Positions 13,376 through 26,614 of a DNA stretch of 64,000 nucleotides are shown one piece after another (within the stretch, counting starts at the first letter, position 1; every line of letters begins with the position of its first letter). The DNA is taken from the NCBI GenBank assembly GCA_030390025.1, contig CM059432.1, positions 151,468,001-151,532,000 on the forward strand. Direction: 5' to 3'. Source of the DNA: Squalus acanthias. Its lineage: Eukaryota. The notes below the pieces were generated by a model. That model was not told where the DNA came from, did no database searches, and saw only the letters and a program-made list of their open reading frames with translations. The translations under genes and the position numbers were made by a program.

Positions 13376-15289
13376 ATTTACAGTTTAGCATATTAATGCA
13401 CATTTGCACCATATTTGTACAATAACTTTATGCTCTTCAGGATTAGGGCAGCCACAGGGGTGGCTAAATGCAATGACATTTGGATAGCTGGATCGAGCCG
13501 ATTTAAATACTACTCTCTCTTTTCTGGGGGTGCATTACTTTTCTCCTGTACCTGGGAAGCAGGAAGTGGTAGTGCGCTCCTATTGCATACTTGGCATTAG
13601 CCCATTCTTCCCGCTACTGGGATGTGTTGTTGGGTTTGTGATTAGCTACTTGTTACATAAGCCTTCAGGTAACAACTCCAGACTACTAGCAATTTCCCAG
13701 TTCTAGGTGAAGGCTTTACATCACGTGCTCTGACTGGTATATGCCCCACAGATACTTAAGCCACATCGTTATGAGGACGGGTAGGACTTGATCTTGGCAT
13801 CTTCTCACCGCAAGAAGTGAACTATGCTCATCCATGCATCTCTGGTGGCCCTCGCATTCCTAGTACAATTCCAAATCTCTGCCCAGAATGATTCAGGGAA
13901 GGACCAGAAGGTACGTAGGAGCATGGTAGTTTGGCTGCATCCTCTCTAGCATTCATCCAACAGGGAGGGGTGGAATCTCTAACGTTTGAGGGCATGACAC
14001 GTTCAGTGTACTTCAGTTTGATACTCATACATGATATAGTAACAGCTGTTTGAAAGAGTATTCCACTCTTGAATTGTTTGTTGACCTTGGTCTCTACAAA
14101 TCCTCAACCCCCAAAACACATGCAGAAGCCTATCACTGCCCTGTACATTGCATGCACAAATTGATCAATTAGCACTTCATTTTAATCCCTTACTTGCAAC
14201 AACTGCCGCTGTTGTGACTGCGTGCATTTATATAGCACCTTCAACTAAGAAAAGCTTCAAGATGCTTCACAAAACCAGAACTACATGAAAAATCTGTAGA
14301 TTTACACAACGCATTTAGCTGCAGATGACAATATCAATAAATAAGTTTTTCTGCTGTGTGGAGAACTGGTGATCCAGTACAATCTGTCTGCTCCAAGCAT
14401 GCACAACAATGCATCCGGAGGATATTGACATCAACTTTATTCGTATCCACTCTACTTGTAACCTGCAGCTTAATGAAATCTACAAACTTACAGAATTACT
14501 ATGTAAAGAAATGCATGAAAAACAAAAGCTTTTGCATGGCAGATCATTTGCAAGAGTAGTCAATGTAACACCAGCTGAACTTACAGCAATAACCGGTGTA
14601 GTGTAGAAAAGAAAGTGATTAACTTTATTCATTGATCAAAATAAAGAAATACTTTAAGAAATGCAGTAAAATCAAATATGGTGTTATGTTAATTCTCTAG
14701 CTAAATCACTTGCACTGGGACAATAAAGAGCAGCTTAAGTGGTTTGTTGAATTTGAGGGATATGGCTTGTATTCATGACACCCAAAGGCATGGCAGAATT
14801 TGTTACAGATAGACTACGTACACTGTATTTGATTTACACAACTTTTCCCATATAATGAGAATTTTTCTTGTACCGAAATAGTACAATCATCCCCAGTGTA
14901 CAAAAATTAAACCGAAAATGAAAGAGCAAATCTCATAGCAATCTGAAATTATTTTTTGGAAAGGGCTTTGGCCTCTGAGAAAATTTTCATTGTAAAAATA
15001 AAATTCCGCAAAGATTTTAAGCAGCAATTTTAAACATTGTTTTTCACGCAATTTAGTAGTGAATTTCAAATAAATAAGGTTATTAATTTGGGTCTCATAA
15101 GTAACAAAAACTATGGAACTAGGAAAAATTTACATTTATGGCATAAACTCTCAGGACCAGATTTATCTCAGTTTAATTCTGTAGACAAACCCTTGCTAAC
15201 TGATCCCACCAAGTTGAACTCCAGTGTTATCTATTTTATTTACAAATCAAATGTCAAGCACCACTGTAGATACTGTACTTTGAACTTAC

Positions 15290-15390
15290 CTTGGGCAAGT
15301 TTTCCTTATACTGGCACTGTTTGAAGGCATCTCCATAGTAATCTGCAGCTTGATTGGCAAGTTTAGCTATTATTGCATCTTTCATTTTAT
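15290..15390 (-). CDS. PDCD6IP: PDCD6IP exon 6: (D)KMKDAIIAKLANQAADYYGDAFKQCQYKENLPK
   Basis: tcttgcag|ATAAAATG...TTGCCCAAG|gtaagt; 101 nt; retains the CHMP4-binding IAKL helix. Confidence 0.98.
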
Positions 15391-15819
15391 CTGCAAGACA
15401 GAGTTGTAATAACTATGTGAACATAAGCAAACTGATTCAAATGCCCATCCCAATTTTCCTCCTTTATACATTCCAATATAATATAAATGGGTACTGCTAA
15501 AAGCAGTTTAAATTGTAATACAGTTCATTAAGGTCTACCCATCCCAGGAAATGCTGATAGAACACATTTCAAACACTGAAAATTAAAACTAAAAGCTGTT
15601 TCATTAGATTACATACTAGGTAAAGTGGTTACTAAAAACAGTCGAAGGGTATAATTAAATAAAGCCAACCATTCTCAAGATACAGTGCAGGGTTGCCCAA
15701 CCTGTGGCCCTCGGGCTGCATGAAGTCTCCAAATCCTGGCCATCTTGTCCCTCGAAGTCCAGGCAGCTTAGTATTGTGTGCACATATGTTACTTATTTTG
15801 AAAGCCTGGATGCTTGGCA

Positions 15820-16045
15820 AGGACTATCATTCTTCTCCTGCCTTCCACCCCATCACAGACCTTCCCTTCAGTTCTCCCACCCCCCCCCGGCCCCTTTCCC
15901 TGCCTCTGCACTTGCTTAAAACCCATTACATCTCTAACTTTTTCAGTTCTGACAAAGGGTCATTGACCTGAAACGTTAACTCGGTTTCTCTCTCCACAGA
16001 TGCTGCCTGATCTGCTGAGTATTTCCAGCATTTTCTGTTGTTACT
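15820..16045 (+). mobile_element. Penelope-like element terminal repeat with decayed minimal hammerhead motif (15945-15981)
   Basis: agtt-ctgacaa-agggtcattgacct-gaaa-cgtt-aact then ctctctccacagatgctgcctgatctgctgagtatttccagcattttctg; same terminus at 32563, 25470 and inverted at 63590. Confidence 0.65.
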
Positions 16046-16639
16046 ATTATTCAACTCTTGCTTAATTGGTGGATAAATCTTCAATCAGAACACCAGGAAG
16101 TGCTGGCATCAACTTCAGATACATACAACAGTAACATGGGAATAAACTTTACACGTGTGCCCCCAAAGCCCACCGTTATGCATCGTTGCAGCCCATGAGA
16201 AAAGCTCTGGCATATTTGTACTAGGTTTCCAGCTTTTCACATAAAATTACTGATCAGAGTTTCTCAACCACTTACAGAATGACTAAACCCATCATTTCAT
16301 CAGCCCACTGGAAAAAAAAAATTGAAAATAACTAAGCAACACAGTTAAGAGCAGGTTTTCAGACGAGTGGAGTTTCATCACTTCTGATATTACTGGATTT
16401 TTTTTAATCCAATCAAAATGTGCTTCAAAAAGGAGTCCATCTGCTTAAAGGTCACCCATAAATGTAGTCAAGATACTTGGAACTTATTTCAAAACCATTT
16501 GTTGAAATTCAGGATGGCCCAGCTGCTAACTAATGTTTGTTCAACTAAACAACGGTGAACTGAAAACAGCTTTTATTCCTGGAGATCTTCCTATAAGAGT
16601 TTCTGAAATATGTAAAACTTTGCCAGCACTTGTTACTCA

Positions 16640-17250
16640 CATCATTTTAGCAGACAAACCAATGGAAAATGCTATCGGTATTCTTTTCCACATAAAAGAA
16701 TACTTCCATAGTTTTGTTTCTATCACCCTATTAGCTGCTTCCTTTAACCCCATTTCCAGCCTTCAAACAACCTTCAGTTGGAAGGATGTGCAGTTTGTGT
16801 GGTGTCAAATCATACTCACTCAACCCAGCAGCACTAAGGTCCCTCCACATGCCTCTGATTATAGACCTGCATTCCAGTGTTGGCAATCAAAATCAACCCT
16901 ACCCAGAACTAGAATGTTGTTCCCATATATGGGCAGCTCCAACACATCTTGCAGCCCTGAACAGGGTTTAAGAAAACACTTATCTGATAGGTGATTCCTC
17001 CTTCACTTCCAGGTTCCAACTTCCTTCTCTATTGAAATCTTTCTTTTCTCTATTTTCTGGATATGAGCTGTACTCTGTTCCTTCAAAGCTCCAAATATGC
17101 TGTCCTGCACATTTTTCCATCTTTTTACATCCTCGGAGTTGAAATCAAGACCCTTTATTAAGTCCCCTATTTGAACTCAGGATCTTAAAACTTTGATCTC
17201 TCACAATCTTCAAGCTTGGCAACTTCACCATTGCCCTATTCCCTCTTTTT
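16640..17250 (+). mobile_element. Ancient non-LTR RT C-terminal remnant
   Basis: Peptide PELECCSHIWAAPTHLAALNRV resembles the RPxLEYCSxIW motif of CR1/jockey-group RTs. Confidence 0.45.
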
Positions 17251-17724
17251 TTTCTCTCTTCAATCTTGGTGGTACCAAGACTGTGGGCTTTGGCCTTTCA
17301 ACTTGCCTTCGCAACAAAAAAAAAAGCCTCTACAGTCAGTGGCAATTCCAGGCAATTGCTAATTCAATCTCAGAACAAAAACAAAATCAATTTTTAATGT
17401 CCTGCAGCATTTGACTCAACAGTTAAGCAAGGAACAGCACATGGCATAGCCATGCTCAACTGAGGATGAGCAATTGATGTATAGGGTAGACCAAAAATAA
17501 CCACAATTTAAAAAAAGCACAAATAATTTGAGTACTTGCTTTCAAAAGGTTGATACAGAAAGCTGAGAGTGTTGCTGATTTCATTTTCTGAAATGTGACT
17601 CTCACATAGAATGATTAGCAATTAATTCCTTGATGAAACAGTGCCTTTTCTGTAAGCCTACTTTCTAACAAAGCACTCTGGTATCCATTGAATGTAATCT
17701 CATACAATACGGGTTAGGAAAGCA

Positions 17725-17975
17725 GAATAGTTACATAGTATTTACAGTTCAGAAACGGGCCAGTCGGCCCAACAGGTCCATGCTCCTCACGAGCCTCCTT
17801 CCACCCTTCTTCATCTAACTCCATCAACATATTCCTTTCTCCCGCGTGTGTTTATCTAGCTTCCCCTTAAATGCATCTATGCTAGTTACCTCAACTACTC
17901 TTTGTTGTAACGAGTTCCACATTGTAAACACTTTGAGTAAAGAGGTTTCTCCTGAATTCCCTGTTGGATTTATCA
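17725..17975 (-). mobile_element. CR1-type 3' end fragment
   Basis: Reverse-complement homolog of 48450-48735. Confidence 0.65.
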
Positions 17976-18779
17976 GACTACCATCTAACTAATGGTACAA
18001 ACATGACTAATGACAGGACTGTAGCTGATACATTGAGGCCAAATAGAATCTTGGATTGCAGAAAAATGGATGTCTACACCCGTTAGATGAACACCTTTGC
18101 TTACACCTGATTGACACTAATGAGTGGGTTATGGTTCAGCAAAATAAATAATCAGTCAAGTATCTCCTCATAAAACAGATGCCTTCACGAATTCTAAGAT
18201 CACACAGAAAATGGCAAACAAAACAGACAACCATTTCCCTGAGCAAGTAACAGTAAATTAGCAGCCAAAATCATATATAATCATTTTACAAGATCTACAA
18301 GAAAAAAAACAAATATTGAGAAAATACCAAGCACTATTGCTTTGTAAATAAATATCAGACTCAAAGTACAATTACTTTCCTCTTAGCTGTCATCAACATT
18401 TCCTAGCTTTTTAGAAGTATATTCAGTTACAAACCTGCACTTTCACACTTTTAGCATTTACACTCAAATAACCATATTAACTCATATTAGAACTGAAGTA
18501 ATATAGCATGGCAAAAGATGGCACTATCAAATAAGAGAGTCCTCAATTTGTGCATAAAATGCTCCCAACTACCTGGCCAGTAACCACAATATATGGCTTG
18601 ACTACCTTAAATGGCACTATCTATCCCACTCTGTGGCCAAAACCTATTCTTAGGATCACCCTGGAGAGCAATTCCAGATTCTTCTCCCCGACAAAATGAA
18701 TTCGCCACACGTTCCATTTTCATCTCCAGCATTCAATGCAGAGTCACGGTTTAATTTGCAAAAACTAAGGACATCGGCT

Positions 18780-20200
18780 CAGCTGCACTCACCCAATGAC
18801 TCTTAGACCACCGCCCCCCCATTCATGGATACCCTCCCAATCCAGCTCCAGTACAATCACCCACTACTCCTTGGCTCAATGCCTGAAACCTCGCCTTTTC
18901 CTTATGCAACATTCCCCCCTTTAAAAATGCTGCCATCACCCTGCTTTTTAAAAAAAGGCCTTTCTCGAACATGGTCATGCTGAACTACTGCTCCATCTCA
19001 AACCTCAATATCCTCTTTAAGGTCTTTAAACAATTAATCACCGCCCAATTGGGTGCCCATCTCCTTTACTACTCCAAGTAATTCCACTCATTATCAAGAT
19101 CACCCTGGTCAAAGCCAACAACAGCATCATGTGAGACAGACTGTGGTGTGCTATCCCTCCTTCACCACTCTGTAACCGATGAAACCAATTCCTTCTTTAT
19201 CACCACTCCTCCGTGGCCCAGCTTTGTGGCACCTTCCTCGTCGTTTTCCATTCTTAAATGATCTCACTGCAATCAGCTCATCTTCACTAACTGATTCTTC
19301 TCCCAAGATCACAGAGGAATGTCCACTGTAACCCAAAGCTTTAAGCTCAGCTTCCTGTTGCTAATCCGCATGCAGCAACTCAGCATCATCATTTACAAAC
19401 AGGGGGTCAGCTTTCATGTGTACCACAGTAACTGCCAATGTTTCTCCTGTCTCCACCCTCGATTCCAGTGCCGTTGCTTTGCTGGTCATTGGACCAGAGC
19501 CACTTTGTTCGGCTTCCAGCAGACATTTCATACCTTAAGTGTTGAATATATCTCCCCTTTTGCCTATCAGACTAAGCCAGCAAGAATACAAAGTCATTGC
19601 CCTTTTTGACTCAGCTGAGCGTCAAACCCCACATCTAGTCCACTCCCAAGGCCACCTACTGCCCCCTCATCCCCACTGCTGCCAAAATCCTCATCCGCAA
19701 CTTGATCACCTCAAGGATTAACTTTTCGAAAACTCTCTTCGCTGGCCTCCCTAGCTGTCCCCTACAAACTCCAATTTATCTAAAACCCCACAGGCTGTAT
19801 CCCATCATCCTCCCCTTGCCAAGATCCACTGGGTCCACAAGTGTATCCATTTCAAAATTCAGATCTTTGTTATCAAGTTCCTCCATTACCTTAATGCATG
19901 CCAGTTCTGCAACCCTCTCGAGCTCCATGTCTGAGAACACATACTCACTCACCCTGGATGGCTGAAAATCCTTCCTTCCCCTCCCCAACACCACTGTCAG
20001 TGATAGAATGTCATTCACAACATTCTTGCAATCTAACTCTCTCCCTAAAATGTACCTCATTATCTCTTTTATCATCTTCAAAAGCCTCAAGACCCATCTC
20101 TTTGACTGTACCTTCAGCCACCTCCCCCAACTGCTCTGCTATTTGCATATTTTGTTTAAGGCGCCATTGCTACATGAAATACACTATTTAAATTGTGGTT
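18780..20200 (+). mobile_element. Highly degenerate L2 LINE
   Basis: aactactgctccatctcaaacctc (NYRPIS-like), tttcaaaattc, ctcaagacccatctctttgac and an L2-type 3' end. Confidence 0.55.
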
Positions 20201-21258
20201 GAAAGTTTTTGCAAATAAGTGATATGCTAAAATCTGAAGTTAAAAATGTAATAAATGTTCAGATTTAATTAATTCACTATCTTAAAACAAAACATTTGCT
20301 CCCATAATTATCTTAAAAAATATTTAGATTTTAATAACCGACTTCTCATTAGACCACCCAGATTAATGAGATGTAATGCTATGCCAGTATCACATGAAAT
20401 GGCTGCAGCTGTAATAATGCAGTAACAGTAGTGTGCTGGTTCTCAATCTGTGGCATGCAGAGGCTGTCCAGTTTCAGCACAGTGAATGGTGGGGGAAAAA
20501 AAAAGTCTATTTGTTGGGTCAGCTGTTAGTGGGAAAAAAATGCAGTACCATAAAGGAAATTAGCACCATAAAGAAGGGGAAGAGCAAGAGTGAGAAACAA
20601 AGAGCGCAAGAATAATAGTGTGCAATGCTGGGAGTAGTAAAGGAGAGCAAGGAAAACAGAAGGAAAGGAGCAAGACATCAAATGAGAAAAAAGACAAAAA
20701 AGTGAGTGAGGTCAGCGAGCATGTCAGCAACATGTTTGTACACATTCCAGAACTGTAGCCATTGGGACAAGAGTCTATGGCAACTTTTCTTGTGTTTGGG
20801 GGTTGGGGTGCAGTGTGACCCCAAAAAAGTTAGCCTGATACAATTATTTTTTGTTATTTACACAATTTTGTCACCAAAAAGATCCATCTAATTGTGTTGG
20901 GGGTCATCACATGAAAAATTACTAAAATAATATCAGCATTTAAGAAAGGTGTGCCATTTTTATTGGCACAGCTGGAAAGTCAAACATTTAAAGCAAAGTT
21001 TTGTTAATATCATCAAGTCAAGGAAGAACTGTGATATGCAAATTATAGCTTGTTATTAAAGTGAAATGCTAAAATTCAATTTTGGTTTCCGGTTTGTTGA
21101 CTCAATAATAAGTGCACACCGAGTGAAATTATTCCAAAATATTAACCAACTAGAAGGTATATTTAACTAAGACGACAGCAGGAACATCATAACAAAATCA
21201 GTACAAGCCTCAGTAAGAACCCATGTGCAAACAAAAGAACATTGAAAGTCATATTTAC

Positions 21259-21412
21259 CAGCTGTTGCTTTAAGGAAAAACACCTCCTGTGCTTGAGCCA
21301 ACATAATCAGACTGAGGGTGCCAACTGTATCTGGAGAGATGTCCATGGTGGGCTCTCGATTCAGTGCTGACAATACGGTATCCTTCACGTGCTGGAAAAC
21401 GCCACTGGCAAG
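21259..21412 (-). CDS. PDCD6IP: PDCD6IP exon 5: LASGVFQHVKDTVLSALNREPTMDISPDTVGTLSLIMLAQAQEVFFLKATA(D)
   Basis: cactgcaatag|CTTGCC...ACAGCTG|gtaaat; 154 nt; Bro1 LAQAQE motif. Confidence 0.98.
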
Positions 21413-21559
21413 CTATTGCAGTGAAAAAAAAGACGCACTTTACTTCATCCACCATCCGCCCACAGGATCAAACTTGAAAAAGATAGGATTAGTTAAATTT
21501 TGTAAAGTTACTATTTCCTGACCCATTACTTATGATTATTGATTCTGGTTACAATAATC

Positions 21560-21840
21560 TTAAAATTAGAGCTAAGCCATTTAGGAGTTAAGTCAGGAAG
21601 CATTTTTTCCTCACGAAGGGCAGTAGAAATCTGGAAGTCTCTCCCCAAAAAGGCTGTGGACGCTGGGACAATTGGAGCGGTTAAGACCGAAATCGATAGA
21701 TTTTGTTAGGCAAAGGTATCAAGGGATATGGAGCAAAGGCGGGTAAATGGAGTGGAGATACAGATCAGCCATGGTCCAATTGAATGGCGGAGGAGGCTAA
21801 AGGGGCTGCATGGCCTACTCCTGTTCCTAATGTTCCTATG
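21560..21840 (+). mobile_element. CR1 3' end fragment
   Basis: ttaaaattagagctaagccatttagg...ggcctactcctgttcctaatgttcctatg. Confidence 0.8.
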
Positions 21841-22205
21841 GTTAGCACTTCAGTGCTCAATTTCGAACCAATTCAATGCTCTACAAATGCATTTATCTGC
21901 CAGAATGAAACAAGCACAGTTTGTGTGTTCCAGATGTTTTAGATATCAATAGTGCTTGCAAATGATATGGGAAGATCAACCAACCAAGGAATATTCCAGT
22001 TTATGCCCCACCTTGCTGCTTTCTATCACTGAAGATAGAAATTGAGTAACATAATGAAGGATTGTATGTGAGAGACATACACATGAAGTGAGAGTCAAAA
22101 AGAAGTGTGAGACAGACAAAAGAAAGGAAGGAGTGATGGCTTACAGAAATCACAAGAGTGAGACAAGAAAGTTTGAGGGGGAGAGAGATGTAGAGTAAAA
22201 GAACT

Positions 22206-23076
22206 AGGGGGAAAAATTCAGTATCGCCCCGTTTGGGGTGCAATTATCGGCCGGGCGCAAAGATTAGCGCCTGCCGCTAATTATTGCCTCCAACTGCAAA
22301 CTTGGCTTTTATCGCCCCTGGAGATGATTGGAGCACTAAATCAGGCGCTTCACACCTGTCTTAAGGCGCAAAGGCCGAGGAGCGAGGCGCTACCTCAGAG
22401 CGCTGGCGAAGCTCATGTGATGTCAGTCAGCAATGGAACACAGACACAATGGCGGTCAGTTCTTAAAGGGGAGGGTTGATCTTGCTCTCCATCCACATCC
22501 TGCTCATTGCAGCCTTGAATCTCAGCCTGGAGAGATCTGTACATCAAATCTGCTGGAAAGAACAATGGAGAGACCCAGGGAAAGAGCTCAGAGTGCAGCC
22601 CCCAGTCTCTTCTAAATCGATACAAGGAAGGGCAAATCAAAATGAACCTGCAAAGTGCTGCTCAGTATCCAAAACTCCTTCACACAGCGTCGAATCTCTC
22701 CAGAAGTCAGTCTCTCTCTCAGAATGCGTGGTGCAAAAATGTCACCAACAAAAAAAGGCAGGAAGCGGTCGCCTTTAAATAGCGCTCCCCCAGTCCCTTC
22801 CTGACTGCAAAACGCTCCCCTCAACCGGTCGTTGCTAGCGGCAGGCGGTAAGGCAGGGGGCGCCACTCGATATCCGGTCCGGGGCGCTGCACACTCGACT
22901 GACGTCACGATCTGCCGGCGCAGGAGATCGTGACGGTAGTGTTTAGTGCCGCCGCAAAATATCTAGTTAATTTCGTGAGCGGCGCAAACATCGCCGCGCA
23001 CGGGCGCTAGTTGCTTTGCGCCCCATTAGCGCCCTCTTAAGGCGCTAACGGGAGGCGCAAACCCCCCCCCACCCCA
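22206..23076. mobile_element. CpG-rich non-autonomous DNA-transposon-like insert (possibly Harbinger-derived)
   Basis: Sharp GC/CpG jump; starts gggggaaaaattc; repeated gggcgc/ggcgct/ggcgca subterminal motifs at both ends; right TIR not recognisable (C-run). Confidence 0.5.
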
Positions 23077-24997
23077 CGAGTCAGAAAGAGTGGAAGACAA
23101 ACAGAAAAAGAGAGAGGCAATTAGTTATATAATGGTAGAGAAGCAAAGAGTTTCAGAAAGAGTGTTTTTGTCTATGAACAACACTACCAGGAATCAACTG
23201 TTTTTAATCTGATATTTAGATGCTGTAAGTACCGAATGATTTTTTCCAAAGTAATTTGCACTTTAATCCACTAGAGGACACTAACAGCACCATTTTAGGC
23301 CTCTTGTGATTTTGGCACATGGAATACGTGCAATGCTGCACACAGCTAATGAAAACTGTACAACAGTTTTCAAATTACCTAGCAGCAAATATTACAAGTG
23401 ACATTTTTACAACGCCTTAATTCAAATCTAGAGAAGCCCCATTATGGAGGGATGGCATAGCACAAAGGATTTATGCCAAGGAGTGGTATAAAGTGGGCTT
23501 GTATCAGAGAAGCTACATAACTAGCTCCTGATTTCAGCTTAGTCATTGAAATGAAATTTCAAGACGATGTTACTTTCTCTCCACAGATGGGGAAAGTTTA
23601 AAAACATAAGCAAATTTAAAGCCAAACTCCACAATCTGTAATCCTCATCTCTAGGCCAACTTGCCCTCTTAGCCAGGAAATGCTGCGTGGACTTGGCAAA
23701 GGTTTTTGACAAAGGTGAAGATTTTTTCACCACAACTTTCTCATGTGAAGGCACTGACTAATACTGGGACATGCAGTCCCCTGGCACCTCAATTAAGTAG
23801 CTATTCCTCATGCAGGAGCCCCAGTTTCCAACAGAGGTCACTGAATAGAAATCAGTAGCGGAAACCCAGGTAAATTTTTTCCTCCTTCACAGACAAGGGC
23901 CACTGATGCCAACTTATCACCCTGGCCAAGGTCAGCTACTTATCACAGACCACGGATCAAACCAGGGCAACGCTGAATTTTCCCAATGAGTCATTAAAGA
24001 CTTCTGGAGAAATAAAGATTCATTATACTCAAAAAACATATAATTGGGGTTGGCAGAAGTGACACTTTGTAAACAGCAAGAGGCAATATGTTCCTTTGAG
24101 ATGTTTGTTGCAGTGCTGTGACATTGCCCATGTAAAGGGCACTCCTGCACGCTACAATGTTCTGACTGGATCTAGAAGAAAATGAGGACACCAATACCAA
24201 ATCCAATGGGCTTTTCAGCAAGGGCTGAGGGTAAGGCAGTTTTCGGTTTTGATTTCAATAAAGTTGATGATCAGGGGCACTGTTCGGTGGTGATTGAATA
24301 TTTATTACATGGATTTTAAATGGTGTTTTGATGATCAAACTGCACGTTTCTGGCTATTTGAAGGCGTGCTGATCTTCACAGGTGTCGACGGGCTGTGTAT
24401 TTACAGCATTTTTTTTTTATTAATGCTTTTATAAAGGTGTTCAGGTTCTCAAGACAGATTTGCAATTCATAACTGACGAGTGAAAATCAGAAATTCTGGC
24501 AGAAAATAGAAACCTTGGCTAGTGATTACTACAGTAATTTTAAGGGATTTTCTCAATGTTAGTGTCAAAATAAAGAAATTTGCACCATGCAAAGTTGTAA
24601 TTTACTCTGCCAGAGCTTTAAAAAGCATGACACTTTCTGTAACCTAGAATAGAGTTGGCTTTTGTAGTACTTAAATGACGGCAGAGCTGAGGCCATTTAG
24701 CTTCTTATGCTGTCCTTGCAGCAAGTTTTCAGGAACAGTATAGATTTAATATCTCAAACAAAAGCTTTTCATACATTTTTATATTTAAAGGGGAAGTCGC
24801 TGATTTAAAAAGAACAATTTTTATTACTAAGTCACAAGTCATCATTTAAAAGACACAAGCATGCACAGGAAAATTTCCAGCTTTCCCTGCATCAAAAGGC
24901 AACAAATCGATTTAGGAGAAAAATATGGAATTTTATTTATAACTTGCTACAGTAACATTATTTAACTACAAAAGGTTTATACAGGCATCTGATAGAA

Positions 24998-25080
24998 CGG
25001 TAGCATAGTGGTTATGTTACTGGTTATGCTATTAGTAATCCAGAGGCCTGGATCAATAATCCAGAGGCGTGAGTTTTAAA
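24998..25080 (+). mobile_element. Truncated tRNA-derived head (same head as 35590-35703)
   Basis: ggtagcatagtggttatgttactgg...tagtaatccagaggcctgga...gtgagtt. Confidence 0.6.
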
Positions 25081-25149
25081 ATTATATTTTGGCCTACTTG
25101 GAGCTACTTTCCAATGACTCTCCTCGCAATGGAAGACCCATGTTTCAAT

Positions 25150-25590
25150 TGCATTTTCTTTTTTTAATTTTGAATATACAGCATTTGCAGTTCTTCCCCT
25201 TCATTTTTCCTGATTTGTTCAAGCTTTTGTTCATATGGACCTTCCCTGTAACTTTCCACCCCTCGCTATTTACATATTCTATTGTCCTTTTTATATCTCT
25301 GCATCATCTCACTGATGATCTTTTATATCATGTAACAGTTTTCTATTAAGCAGTTTGCAGGTTATTTAATCCATAACTCCCTCTGTGATTGGTGTCAATA
25401 TAGATTCCACCACTCCCCCATTAGTCTCATTATTTTTCCACGGTTAATAAATGCCTTTCTTTCAGTCTTCAGTTCTGATGAAGGTTGCCCCCCTAAAACT
25501 TCATAACCTGTCTTTTCTCTTTACAGACTGACCTTCTATGCATTTCCAGCATTTTGTATCTTTCTTTCCAATTTCCAGAAATTTTCTTTT
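25150..25590 (+). mobile_element. Degenerate Penelope-like terminal region
   Basis: cagttctgatgaagg at 25470, then tttccagcattttgt, as in the 15945-16045 terminus. Confidence 0.4.
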
Positions 25591-25613
25591 TAAGTCATGT
25601 ATTATGCTCACTA

Positions 25614-25977
25614 CAGGAAACTCTTTATTAACCGGCACCGACGGGACCAGCGTGGTGCCGGTTAATCAAAAAGTCCAGATAATGGAGAGTAATATCTCCC
25701 AACGCACGAAAGCCCCGTACACACTGACATGCGCCTGCATTCGGAGCTCCGTCTCCCCGGGGACCGCCAGCTAACCATCTGTCGTGTCCGCTGCCTACCC
25801 GGGCTGCACATTCCCCTCCCAATCTACATGCTCCGATACAAGGCAAACGCCTCGGGGTTTTTTTCAAAGTTATTTTTAAAGGAGAGATGAAGGAAAACCC
25901 CGGTTACCTACTCAAGAATTTTGCCGGTTAAGAGAGATTTCCGGTTATTTGGGTGCCGGTTAAAAGAGAGTTTCCTG
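25614..25977. mobile_element. Tc1/mariner (pogo/Tigger-like) MITE, 364 bp
   Basis: TA|caggaaactctttattaaccggcacc ... ggtgccggttaaaagagagtttcctg|TA; ~26-bp TIRs with TA TSD. Confidence 0.88.
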
Positions 25978-26614
25978 TATTACCATCTGGCATTTGGTAG
26001 AAAAAGTACAAGTCAGCTATCATTTGTTACTGTGTCAAAGATCTAGTCTTGGGGGTCTTCATGAAACTGTTGGTCATCGTTTGCCCATTTCTTATTTTGG
26101 CATGCATGTTTGAAGAGGACTTCATAAATTTAAATTGAGATTTTCAAAAAGTGGAAAAGAAAACCCAAGACAAAGGATCAAAATACTGGATCTGCAAGTG
26201 ATATGCTCACACAAAAATGGATCATTTGCATGGATTAAAATATAGGAGGTGGTTAAATAAGCTTAATGTTGAATTAACAATGCCTCCTTTGTTATGGTAT
26301 ACAGGAAGTTACTGCTAAACTATCAGAGAAATGTCCAGCAAGACACCCTAAAAATGGCAAGTTTGGAATGTTAAATACACTGATACTGTAAATCAAAAGG
26401 CAGCAGTACTAAAAAATATTTTACACAAAATCCATCATCATCTGTCTTGATGGGGGTAACAAGACAGACATTTTCCTCTTCCCTTAATCAATGATGGGTT
26501 CAAACTATGAACGAAAATAATGGGACAAGAAAGTTCTCTCCGAAGGAAGTGCCTAATTTGGTAAGTCGTCATGCAGTCAATCTCAGAGTGGCATTTTTGG
26601 AAGAGGCAGCGAAC

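Noticed and set aside
15688..15745. hAT-like terminus cagggttgcccaacctgtggccc
   Set aside because: No matching second TIR or 8-bp TSD found.
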